In this document: in pieces, positions 18,431 through 31,071 of the stretch | How the letters are laid out: each line of letters begins with the position of its first letter | Numbering within the stretch: the stretch's first letter is position 1 | NCBI RefSeq assembly: GCF_009914755.1 | Contig: NC_060930.1 | Source: the human T2T-CHM13v2.0 reference genome, Homo sapiens | Strand: one strand, 5' to 3' | Length of the DNA: 64,000 nucleotides | The notes under the pieces: model-generated | What the model was told of the DNA's origin: nothing | Databases searched by the model: none | Seen by the model: the letters and a program-made list of their open reading frames with translations, nothing else | Position numbers and translations under genes: made by a program

Positions 18431-19030
18431 TCATAGTACACAAGACAGGGTAATAGACTAGAAGAATCCCACCCTGGGTGTAGGGACCCAAGGGCCAAAC
18501 AAGTTGGACAATGCCCCCACAAAGACAGACTTAGAATATATGTAGTTATTTCTAGCCTAGTATGCTTTCTGCTATATAACAACATATGTTTGTGATGATG
18601 CTTCATGTGGGGAAGATGAAGAAATCCCACCAAATATTGGCTTTTAAAAAAAAGTATTATTATACTTGAAGTTCTAGAGTACATGTGCACAACGTGCAAG
18701 ATTGTTAAATAGGTATACATATGCCATGTTGGTTCGTTGCACCCATGAACTCGTCATTTACATTGGGTATTTCTCCTAACTCTATCCCTTGCCCAGTCCC
18801 CCACCCCATGACAGGCCCTTATATGTGATGTTCCCTGCCTTGTGTCCAAGTGTTCTCATTGTGCAATTCCCACCTGTGAGTGAAAACATGCGGTGTTTGG
18901 TTTTCTGTCCTTGTGATAGTTTGCTCAGAATGATGGTTTCCAGCTTCATCCATGTCCCTGCAAAGGACAGGAACTCATCCTTTTTTATGGCTGCATAGTA
19001 TTCCATGGTGTATATATGCCACATTTTCTT

Positions 19031-19431
19031 TTTTTTTTTTTTCTTTTTTTTTTTTTTTATTATACTCTAAGTTTTAGGGTACATGTGCACATTGTGCAGG
19101 TTAGTTACATATGTATACATGTGCCATGCTGGTGCGCTGCACCCACTAATGTGTCATCTAGCATTAGGTATATCTCCCAATGCTATCCCTCCCCCCTCCC
19201 CCGACTGCACCACAGTCCCCAGAGTGTGATATTCCCCTTCCTGTGTCCATGTGATCTCATTGTTCAATTCCCACCTATGAGTGAGAATATGCGGTGTTTG
19301 GTTTTTTGTCCTTGCAATAGTTTGCTGAGAATGATGGTTTCCAGCTTCATCCATGTCCCTACAAAGGACATGAACTCATCCTTTTTTATGGCTTCATAGT
19401 ATTCCATGGTGTATATGTGCCACATTTTCTT
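19031..19431 (-). mobile_element. L1HS-Ta-type 3' end (chimeric), inserted into the older L1
   Basis: Long poly-T at 19031-19058. 'cccactaatgtgtcatc' is the antisense of GATGACACATTAGTGGG (Ta ACA). 'tatactctaag' is the antisense of CTTAGAGTATA (Ta G). Other L1HS markers: ggtgcgctgc, gtgatctcat, gagaatatgc. Confidence 0.9.
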
Positions 19432-20579
19432 AATCCAGTCTATCATTGATGGACATTTGGATTGTTCCAAGTCTTTGCTATTGTGAATAGTGCTGCAATA
19501 AACATATGTGTGCATGTGTCTTTATAGTAGCATGATTTATAATCCTTTGGATATATACCTAGTAATGGGATGGCTGGGCCAAATGATATTTCTAATTCTA
19601 GATCCTTGAGGAATCGTCACACTGTCTTCCACAATGGTTGAACTAATTTACACTCCCATCAACAGTGTAAAAGCATTCCTATTTCTCCACATCCTCTCCC
19701 ACATCTGTTGTTTCCTGACTTTTTAATGATCACCATTCTAACAGGTGTAAAATGGTATCTCATTGTGGTTTTGATTTGCATTTCTCTGATGACCAGTGAT
19801 GATAAACATTTTTACATGTGTCTGTTGGCTACATAAATGTCTTCTTTTGAGAAGTGCCTGTTTGTATCCTTTGCCAACTTTTTGATGGTGTTGTTTGCTT
19901 TTTTCTTGAAAATTTGTTTGAGTTCTTTGTAGATTCTGGATATTAGCCCTTTGTCAGATGGGTAGATTGCAAAAATTTTCTCCTATTCTGTAGGTTGCCT
20001 GTTCACTCTGATGGTAGTTTCTTTTGCTGTGCAGAAGTTCTTTAGTTTAATTAGATCCCATTTATCTATTTTGACTTTTGCTGCCATTGCTTTTGGTGTT
20101 TTAGTGTTTGGTGAAGCCCTGGCCCACGCCCATGTCCTGAATGGTATTGCCTAGGTTTTCTTCTAGGGTTTTTATGGTTTCAGGTCTAACATTTAAGTCT
20201 TTAATCCATCTTGAATTAATTTTTGTATAAGGTGTAAGGAAGGGATCCAGTTTCAGCTTTATACATATGATTAGCCAGTTTTCCCAAAACATTTATTAAA
20301 TAGGGAATCCTGTCCCCATTTCTTGTTTTTGTCAGCTTTGTCAAAGGTCAGATGGTTGTAGATGTATGGTGTTACTTCTGAGACTTCTGTTCTGTTCCAT
20401 TGGTCTATATATCTGTTTTGGTACCAGTATTATGCTATTTTGGTTACTGTAGCCTTGTAGTATAGTTTGAAGTCAGGTAGCGTGTGGCCTCCAGCTTTGT
20501 CCTTTTTGCTTAGGATTGTCTTGGCAATGTGGGCTCTTTTTTGGTTCCATATGAACTTTAAAGTAGTTTTTTCCAATTA

Positions 20580-21319
<740 letters not shown>

Positions 21320-21512
21320 TCATTGGTTCTGTTTATGTGATGGATTATGTTTATTGATTTGCATATGTTGAACCAGCCTTGCTTCCTAGAGATGAAGCTG
21401 ACGTGATTGTGGAGGATAAGCTTTTTGATGTTCTGCTGGATTCGGTTTGTCAGTATTTTATTGAGGATTTTCGCATCAAAGTTCATCAGGAATATTAGTC
21501 TAAAATTCTCTA

Positions 21513-21638
<126 letters not shown>

Positions 21639-21641
21639 TTA

Positions 21642-21914
<273 letters not shown>

Positions 21915-22880
21915 TTATTGTGTCTATTTGATTCTTCTCTGTTTCCTTCTTTATTAGTCTTGTTAGCGGTCTATCAATTTTGTTGATCTTTTCAAAAAGC
22001 CAGCTCCTGAATTCATTGATTTTTTGAAGGGTTTTTTGTGTCTCTATCTCCTTCAGTTCTGCTTTAATCTTAGTTATTTCTTGCCTTCTGCTAGCTTTTG
22101 AATTTGTTTGCTCTTGCTTCTCTAGTTCTTTTAATTGTGATATTAGCTTGTCAATTTTAGATCTTTCCTGCTTTCTCTTGTGGGCATTTAGTGCTATAAA
22201 TTTCCCTCTATACACTGCTTTAAATGTGTCCCAGAGATTCTGGTACGTTGTGTCTTTGTTCTCATTGGTTTCAAAGAACATCTTTATTTCTACCTTCATT
22301 TCGTTATTTACCCAGTAGTCATTCAGGAGCAGGTTGTTCAGTTTCCATGTAGTTGTGTGGTTTTGAGTGAGTTTCCTAATCGTGAGTTCTAGTTTGGTTG
22401 CACTGTGGTCTGAGAGATAGTTTGTTGTGATTTCTGTTCTATTACATTTGCTGAACACTGCTTTACTTCCAACTATGTGGTCAATTTTGGAATAAGTGTG
22501 ATGTGGTGCTGAGAACAATGTACATTCTGGTGATTTAGAGTGGAGAGTTCTGTAGATGTCTATTAGGTCTGCTTGGTGCAGAGCTGAGTTCAATTCCTGG
22601 ATATCCTTGTTAACCTTCTGGCTCGTTGATCTGTCTAATATAAACAGTGGGGTGTTAAAGTCTCACATTATTATTGTGTGGGAGCCTACGTCTCTTTGTA
22701 GGTCTCTAGAGACTTGCTGTATGAATCTGGGTGCTCTTGTATTGGGTACATATATATTTAGGTTAGTTAGCTCTTCTTGTTGAATTGATCTCTTTACCAT
22801 TATGTAATGCCCTTCTTTGTCTCTTTTGATCTTTGTTGGTTTAAAGTCTGTTTTATCAGAGACTAGGGTTGCAACCGCTG

Positions 22881-22911
<31 letters not shown>

Positions 22912-23176
22912 TTCCATTTGCTTGGTAGATCTTCCTCCATCCCTTTATTTTGAGCTTATGTGTGTCTTTGCACGTGAGAGGGGTCTCCTAAATACAACAC
23001 ACTGACGGGTCTTGATTCTTTATCCAATTTGCCAGTCTGTGTCTTTTAACTGGGGCATTTAGCCCATTTACATTTAAGGTTAATATTGTTATGTGTGGAT
23101 TTGATGCTGTCATTATGATGTTAGCTGGTTATTTTGCCTGTTAATTGATGCAGTTTCTTCCTAGCCTCGATGGCCT

Positions 23177-23569
23177 TTACAATTTGGCATGGTTTTGCAA
23201 TGGCTGGTACTGGTTGTTTCTTTCCATGTTTAGTGCTTCCTTCAGGAGCTCTTGTAAGGCATGCCTGGTGGTGACAAAATCTCTCAGCATTTGCTTGTCT
23301 GTAAAGGATTTTATTTCTCCTTCATTTATGAAGCTTAGTTTGGCTGGATATGAAATTCTGGGTTGAAAATTCTTTTCTTTTAGAATATTGAATATTGGCC
23401 CCCACTCTCTTCTAGCTTGTAGAGTTTCTGCTGAGAGATCTGCTGTTAGTCTGATGGGCTTCCCTTTGTGGGTAACTGGACCTTTCTCTCTGGCTGCCCT
23501 TAACATATTTTCCCGCATTTCAACCTTGATGAATCTGACAATTATATGTCTTGGGGTTGCTCTTCTCAA
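23177..23569 (-). pseudogene. L1 ORF1p C-terminal remnant
   Basis: Translation matches L1 ORF1p (KPIRLTADLSAETLQARREWG). Confidence 0.93.
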
Positions 23570-23957
23570 GGAGTATCTTTGTGGTGTTCTCTATATTTCC
23601 TGAATTTGACTGTTGGCCTGCCTTGCTAGGTTGGGGAAGTTCTCTTGGATAATATCCTGCAGAGTGTTTTCCAAATTGGTTTCATTCTCCCTGTCACTTT
23701 CAGGTACACCAATCAGATGTAGATTTGGTCTTTTCACATAGTCCCATATTTCTTGGAGGCTTTGTTCATTTCTTTTTACTCTTTTTTCTCTAAACTTCGT
23801 TTCTCACTTTATCCTCATGGTAAGTGGGAGAGTGAGTCACAGTAGTATTATTGGCCATTGTCAACAATTCATTTGATGTTGATTACTAGCTTAAGTGAAA
23901 TCAATTTACTCCTATAGTGGGGTTTTCTTTAGCAGTTCTCAGCTTTATGATGTAGTC

Positions 23958-26254
23958 TGATGTTTTAGCTGTGTCCTCACCCAAATCTTATCTTGAATTG
24001 TAGCTCCCGTAATTCCCAAGTGTCATGAACTGGTGGGAGTTAATTGAATAATGGGAGAGGGTCTTTCCCATGCTGTTCTCATGACAATGAGTTAATCTCA
24101 TGAGATCTGATAGTTTTATAAAAGATCTGCACATGCTGTCTTGCCTACCACCATATAAGACTTGACTTTGCTCCTCATTTACCGTCTGCCATGATTGTGA
24201 GGCCTCTCTAACCATGTGGAACTGAATCAATTAAACCTCTTTCCTTTATAAATTACCCAATCTCTGCTATGCCTTTATTAGTAGTGTGAGTACAGACTAA
24301 TATGGTAAATTGGTACCAGGAGTGGGGTGCTGTTGTAATGATATCCAAAAATGTGGAAGCGACTTTGGAACTGGGTAACAGGCAGAGGTTATAATAGTTT
24401 GGAGGGCTTAGAAGAAGATAGGGAAATGTAGGAAAATTTGGAACTTCCTAGAGACTTGGATGGCTCAGAAGACAGAAAGATGTGGCAAAGTTTGGAACTT
24501 ACTAGAGATTTGTTGAATGGCTTTGACAAAAATGGTGATAGTGATATGGACAACAAGGTCCAGGCTCAGTTGGTCTCAAATGAAGATGAGCAATTTGTTG
24601 AGAACTGGAGTAAAGGTCACCCTTGGCTATACAAGGAGACTGGTGGCATTTTGCCACTGCCCTAGAGATCTGTGCAACTTTAAACTTCAGAGAGATGATT
24701 TAGGGTATCTGGTGGAAAAAATTTCTAAGCAGCAAAGTGTTCAAAAGGAAGCAGAGTATAAAAATTTGGAAATTTTGTAGCCTGACAATGCAATAGAAAA
24801 TAAAACTCCATTTTCTGGGGAAAAATTCAAGCCTGCTACAGAAATTTGCATAAGTAACAAGGAGCAAAATGTTAATCACCAAGACAATGGGGAAAATGTC
24901 TCCAGGGTATGTCAGAGACCTTTAGGGAAACCCCTTCAATCACAGGCCTAGAGGCCTAATAGGAAATAATGGTTTCATGGGCTGGGCCCAGGGGCCCTCT
25001 GCTGGGTACAGCCTAGGGACTTGTTGCCCTCCATCCCAGCCATTCCAGCTGTAGCTAAAAGGGGCCAAGGTACAGGTCAGGCTGTGGCTTCAGAGGGTGC
25101 AAACCCCAAGCCTTGGCAGCTTCCACATGGTGTTGAGCCAGCAGGTACACAGAAGTCAAGAATTGATGTCTGGGAACCTCCACCTAGATTTCAGAGGATG
25201 TATGAAAATTCATGGATGTGAAGGAAGAAGTTTGCTGTAGGGATGCAGTCTTCATGGAGAACCTCTGCTAGGGCAGTGCAGAAGGGAAATGTGGAGTCAG
25301 AGCTCCCACACAGAGTGCCCACTAAGGGAGGCTAGTGGAGCTGTAAGAAGAGGGCCATCATCCTACAGACCCTAGAATGGTAGATCCACCGACAACTTGC
25401 ACCATGCACCTGGAAAAGCTGCAGACACTCAACACCAGCCCATGAAAGCAGCTGGGAGTGGGGACTGTACCCTGCAAAGCCACAGGGGCAGAGGTGACCA
25501 AGACTGTGGGAGCCTACCTCTTGCATCAGCATGACCTGCATGTGAGACATGGAGTCAAAGGAGATTATTTTGGAACTTTAAAGTTTAATGACTGCCCTAT
25601 TGAATGTTGAACTTGCATCAGGCCTGTAGACCCTTCACTCGGGCCAATTTGTCCCATTTGGAATGGGTGTATTTACCCAATGCCTGTACCCCCATTGTAT
25701 TTAGGAAGTAGCTAGCTTGCTTTTAATTTTACAGGCTCATAACTGGAAGGGACTTGCTTTGTCTCAGATGAGACTGGATTGTGGACTTTTGAGTTAATGC
25801 TGAAATGAGTTAAGACTTTGGGGGACTGTGTGGAAGGCATGGTTGGTTTTGAAATGTGAAGACATGAGATTTGGGGGGGTCAGTGGTGGAATGATATGGC
25901 TTGTCTGTGTCTCCACCCAAATCTTATCTTGAATTGTAGCTCCCATAATTTCCACATGTCGTGGGAGGGACTTGGTGGGACGTAAATGAGTCATGGGGGT
26001 AGGTCTTCCTTGTGCTGTTCTCATGATAGTGAATAAGGCTCATGAGATCTGGTGATTTTATAAAGAATAGTTTCCCTGAACACAGTTTCTTGTCTGCCAC
26101 CATTTAAGACATGACTTTGTTCCTCATTTGCCTTCCATCATGATTCTGAGGCCTCCCCAGCCATGTGGAACTGTGAGTCAACTAAACTTTTTTCCTTTAT
26201 AAATCACCCAGTCTTGGCTATGTTTTCAGTAGCAGCATCAGAACAGACTCATTT
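23958..26254 (+). mobile_element. Complete THE1 (MaLR, THE1B/C-like): 5' LTR about 23958-24303, internal about 24304-25891, 3' LTR about 25892-26254
   Basis: Both LTRs contain 'cacccaaatcttatcttgaattgtagctccc' and end 'acagact'. Internal region starts 'gtaaattggtacc'; a purine tract precedes the 3' LTR. Confidence 0.95.
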
Positions 26255-26289
26255 ATTGGAATAAAAAAATTTCCCAGAAGAATAGGCTG

Positions 26290-26720
26290 GGATTATGTCA
26301 GAAAGATAAAATGAAAAGAGAAAGATAATCAAGTAATGATGTGGTATCAACTAGTGGATTTTTGAGGTAATAAACTGTGGGAATATAAACTGAAAACTGA
26401 GGGAAGTAACAAAAGAAGAAGGCCAATGGATAGAAAAAAAATAGAATGATCAATAGATTATAGGTTCTGATGAGGTACAGATCTTGAATAGTGAAAACAA
26501 TTGAACAAGCAAGCAGGAAGGAAAAAATATTATGGTAACAGAGATGAAATAGTGATTTCAAAAATGGAGAATTCATGTCCATTGATAAGGTTCAAGTTAT
26601 GATGTGGTGAAGATGTGATGGTCACTGAAGATGAAGAGGATGAGAAATTGAGAGGCCATGGTATTGGATAAGCCATCTGCAGGATATCAAGTCCCCAGAA
26701 TGATAGCAGGATACTTAATG
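26290..26720 (-). mobile_element. Probable L2 remnant
   Basis: Purine-rich degenerate L2-like sequence (gatatcaagtccccagaatgatagcagg). Confidence 0.45.
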
Positions 26721-27799
26721 AGAGTAATCTGTAAATTATAGAATCTTATATAAGACTCTGTTGAATTACAGAGTCTACAGTAAATGAAGTAAATTAATTG
26801 CAGTGAGAAGAGTATGGTATAGTAAAATGTATCATGCAAGTCCAAGATAAGATGGTGGAGAGGTACTCTCTGCATAAGATGAGGTACTATCTGAATAAGA
26901 TGGTGCAGAAGTACTGTCTGCATAGAGCAGTGGGGATCAATGGAGACTAAGCACATCAGCTTCTAATGCAAAGTCCCTGTTGGAAAGGACTACAGAGGAT
27001 GTGGTGCCCTGGGGTGGTAGGCTAGGGGGAAGTTTAATTGAAGCAAAGAAAGGAAAGAAACTCTAGAAGATGAAATTAAGAATACTGGGGAGTTGGCTGG
27101 GTGTGGAACAATAGTTAAAGATGGTACATAGTCATATATGAAGATTAGAGGAAAGAGAGTAGGAATAAGGAAGTTCAGGGCATTGTAGGAATAACAGTTT
27201 GGTAACATAAGAAACTCAGAGGTCGTACACATTTGGGGATGATTATTGTAAATAAAGATAAGCAGTTCAGGAAATTTTGTGTAGATTCTCTTTGAGAAGA
27301 GTGAACAATAACCCTAATAGTAATCTGAATCATTTATTATTCCTTATAGTTGCTAAGTATTTTTCACTTTTATTCAAACCCATAGCAAGCTGAGTATTCA
27401 TCAATGTTAGCAATCCCTTATCGATCAGATATGCATAGGATTTCACATTTTTAATGTTGCAAAAGATAGGTGAGTTTAGATTATCTTTGGTTAATCACTA
27501 AATATGGTATCTTATCCTTTTTAGATAAATTATATATATCAATTTAACTAGAGCAGGGTCAATCACCTCATTGCCAACATTATAAGATTTATATTTTTTA
27601 CAACTTGGGATTAGTATTACCTATTTCCATTCCTTTGCCTTGAAACTAAAGCACATGTATATATCTTTATTTACAAGATAAAGGCAATGGTGAAAATGTT
27701 TTAAAAACTTAGCAAACAAATTACTAATAATTTGTTTAATTTTAGTAAAAAGAAAGAAACATTGGTCAATGTTTGAAAAAATGTGTGACTGACTTTAAT

Positions 27800-28292
27800 G
27801 ATATAAACAGGTAAAAATTAATTTTTATTAACTCCAACCACATCTTAGAAATAGAGAAAAGGAAGTGCATTCTCGGGGTCTTTTGTCTACACATAAGGAT
27901 AGCCTCCAGTTAGATGTATTGAACAGTTCCAGGGACTGCTCTACCTCAGTGAGCAGAGCTATCATAAGAAACCAGCAGAGAGTAGCACGCTTTCTATGGG
28001 GCTGGGAAAACAAAGGGTAGAGCTTTAAACACACACACAACAAACACTCAGAGAAGAAAAAGGACAAAAAAGAGCAATCAGTTTCCGTGTAAAAGTGCTG
28101 TTTTTAAAGGTGAGCTTCTTTGCTATTTGCAAATCCAATTTGCCAAAATACAACATTTGAAAATTACCATGATCTGATATCATAACAAGGCATTGATGTG
28201 TGCAGGCACTGGTGTGTGTTCTGTTGCCTCTGCCTTTGTCTGTTTTTCTTCAAGTGGCTGACTGATAATCCGCACTCTTTATTTCCTCATAG
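27800..28292 (+). promoter_or_regulatory. Candidate promoter or first exon plus a short intron 28110-28292
   Basis: ETS-like AAAAGGAAGTG at about 27858; AAG|GTGAGC donor at 28109/28110; branch-like CTGAC, pyrimidine tract and TAG acceptor at 28292. Confidence 0.35.
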
Positions 28293-29905
28293 ATCTCTCA
28301 AAGTCTAAAGAAATGAAATCCTTGGAGGTGTCATTGAGAGACATAAGATATGCAAGAGCGAATTTCTAACGTAGAAGAGCTTAGCACAGGCATCTTTTCC
28401 ATTAGGGTGAAAAAAAAGAGCATCCCTCCTTTTGTGGTCCACCTGGCAAAGCTGGATCCTTGGCTTAGATCTGACAGCATGATTGCAGCAAGGAGGGGTC
28501 TGGCCACTGGAAGGAGCACTTCCTAATTAATGCTGCAGTGCCAGGCATCTTCTTAGATGCAGCATTGTAACAGGATGTGTTTTTGGCTGTAATTTTTCTC
28601 AGAACAAAAACATGACGAATAGGGTGCATCTTTCTGTCCATCAACTCTCTGGGTAACACACTAAAAGGCAGCAAGACCTGAAACTCCATCTTAGGCACCC
28701 ATCTGACATCCAAAAAAACCCAAATGCTTCCATAGCCTAAACTCACATTACTTTCCACTGGGCTTCCAACAAAACTCAAAACTAAACCTTCTACGTTAAG
28801 TTCTGTGCTCTCAAATAATCTCTAAACAAAGTCTCCATGATAGTTTCTTTAATTATTACAGAGTCTTCTCAGCTGTTCCAAAGAATGTTGACAACAACTC
28901 AAGAAGTAGTAGAATCTCTCTTAACTTTGTTCATGTCAGGAAGAAAGGAGTTGATTTTTGGAGAATGATCATTGCCTGAGTCATTTTTAAAACAGAAGAC
29001 ACTGGGGTTATGTTTAAACAAAGAAGAAACACAGACTAAATGGGGAAAGTGTAGTCAGTCATGTAAGGTGGACTGAAAGATCCAGATGTATACTGAAACT
29101 TGCCTCTTTTCTGCTTCGTATTGCTCTGTACAAAAATTCAAACTATTATTCAGCAACTTACAGGCTCAGTCTATTCCAAAGTTTAAGAGTTAATATTGAT
29201 ATTAGGCACTGAGAGCATAAGGAGTCCTCTAGGCTTAGGTTACCACTGTTCTTATCTGTCCCCTTGTGTCCCAGCTGAGAAAACTTGCCTAGTTTTAGTC
29301 ACATAGCATCTGCACAGTTCCCTGTATGTGAATCCACACTATAACCCATCCACCATTAAATGTTATTTACTCAGCCACGTCATAAGCTATGATGTGTATA
29401 AAACCATTCACATGACCGCCTGAGGCCTACAAAGTCAATGACAAAGCTGGGCTCACACTAAAAGGAAACTTATAAACATTTGGTAAGCTTTATTTGAGAA
29501 ATTTGGTTAAGAAATTTAATGGAACTGGGATTATTGTAGCCAGGGAAAATAAAGTAGAGATGATAACTATGTTTTAAGTATAGAAAATCTTCTTCACTAG
29601 ATGATAACCAAACTGCTTTTTCATTTTAACCGCAGGTACAATGGGAATTAGGCTACATATTGTTAAGACAATTGTTTCTATTAAGATAATGGAAAATGTG
29701 CAAACCTAAGTATCAAAATTTACACACGCTCTCATGCACATGCACAGACACCTCTCCACACTCCAACTAAGTTTTTGGGTGAGTCATTGAATATCACCTT
29801 TCCTCTCATTTGTACCTATTATCAGTAAAACAAAAGATTCACACACATAATCTTCAATCCTGACTTATTGGAATCTGTTAATAATCGTACAGACCTCCCT
29901 CATGT

Positions 29906-30325
29906 GGCTATGGTTTGGATGTTTGGTCTCTTCCAAATCTTTGCTGGAATTTGATCTTCAGTGTTGCAGGTGAGGCTGACTGGGAGGTGTCTGAGTCATG
30001 GAGGTGGATCTCTCATGAATGGTTTGGTGCCATCCCTGAGGTAATCAGTGAGTTTTTGCTGTATTAGTTCAAAAGAGAGCTGTTTGTTTAAAAAAGAGTG
30101 GCACCGCTTCCCTCTCTCTGTTGCTCCCTCTCTTGCCAGGTGACACTCCTCCCCTTCCTCTTCTACCATGATTGGAAGCTTTCTGAGCTCCTCACCAGAG
30201 GCAGGTTCTGGTGCCATGTTTCTCTTACAGCCTGCAAAAACATGAGCCAAATAAACCTTTTCTTAAAAAAAAATAATTACCCAGCCTCAGGTATTCCTTT
30301 ATAGCAAAGCTAACAGACTAAGACA
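29906..30325 (+). mobile_element. MST (MSTB-like) solo LTR
   Basis: 'gctatggtttggatgtttg...gagccaaataaacc...aattacccagcctcaggtattcctttatagca...agactaagaca'. Confidence 0.92.
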
Positions 30326-30444
30326 TCTACCCCAGAAAACCCAACTAAAATTAAATATTTTCAACTGATTCAGAGTTAGCATGTTGTATTTTATTGACTG
30401 ATACACTGTCAGAGGCACTAAAATAAAAAATCACGGTCAATCTT

Positions 30445-30700
30445 GTTACTTTACATAGTATATTAAAGCTAGCTGCTGTAATAGGCAAACCTATAAACAG
30501 GTGAGAAAGTTTATTTTTCATTCAAGTAAAAATTTTAGGTGGTATGTCAAGTGAGAGTGGGGCTGGAGATGAAAGGTGAAGCTTCTGCTTCATGTAGTCG
30601 TTCAGGGACACTGTCTTATGTGTCTCTGCTCTCTTCAACATGTGACTTCCATGGTTGCCTTGGGCATCGACATCCAGGCAATACTTGGAGGGAAGAAGGT
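30445..30700 (-). mobile_element. Old MLT1 (K/L-like) fragment
   Basis: 'gctagctgctgtaa...gaaagtttatttttcattca...gtcgttcagggac'. Confidence 0.55.
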
Positions 30701-31039
30701 GAGTGGAACATCAAATGCTGATACTGTCATTAGGCAGTTGGTGGAATTATAATTGCTAGCAGTCAAAGTAATTTGGACAAACAAACAGGGAGAATTCTCA
30801 CCACTTTTCTATTTAAATGATATCATGATTTGTAAGGAAAATATCTATTTTCCCTACAAGGGAACTCAAGGGTTTCCATTTAGAAATAAGGGTTTCCATT
30901 TAGAAATAAGTCTGGTGGAGAAGACTTTTATACAACGAATAATCACCTCTTACTTTGTGATCACGTTTGTCACTTTACAAATGAAGGTTTGTCACTTGAG
31001 ACTTTAGAATGGTTATTGTCATTTCTCAGTGACAGAAGA

Positions 31040-31071
31040 TGCAATGTATGTACCCTGCCACCAGGTGGTGG
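31040..31071 (+). promoter_or_regulatory. Candidate CTCF site with upstream motif
   Basis: Core CCACCAGGTGGTG at 31058-31070; TGCAATG 18 bp upstream at 31040. Confidence 0.6.

Noticed and set aside
22880-22908. Poly-T run inside L1 ORF2 as a separate retro-insertion tail
   Set aside because: It is an expansion of the native A-run (KQKK codons); L1 sequence is continuous on both sides.
24398-24512. About 50-bp tandem duplication in the THE1 internal region
   Set aside because: As I recall, this duplication occurs in many THE1-int copies, so it is probably inherited from the subfamily rather than locus-specific (not verified).
26847-26921. CRISPR-like repeat array
   Set aside because: Units are adjacent without unique spacers, the context is eukaryotic, and there are no cas genes.
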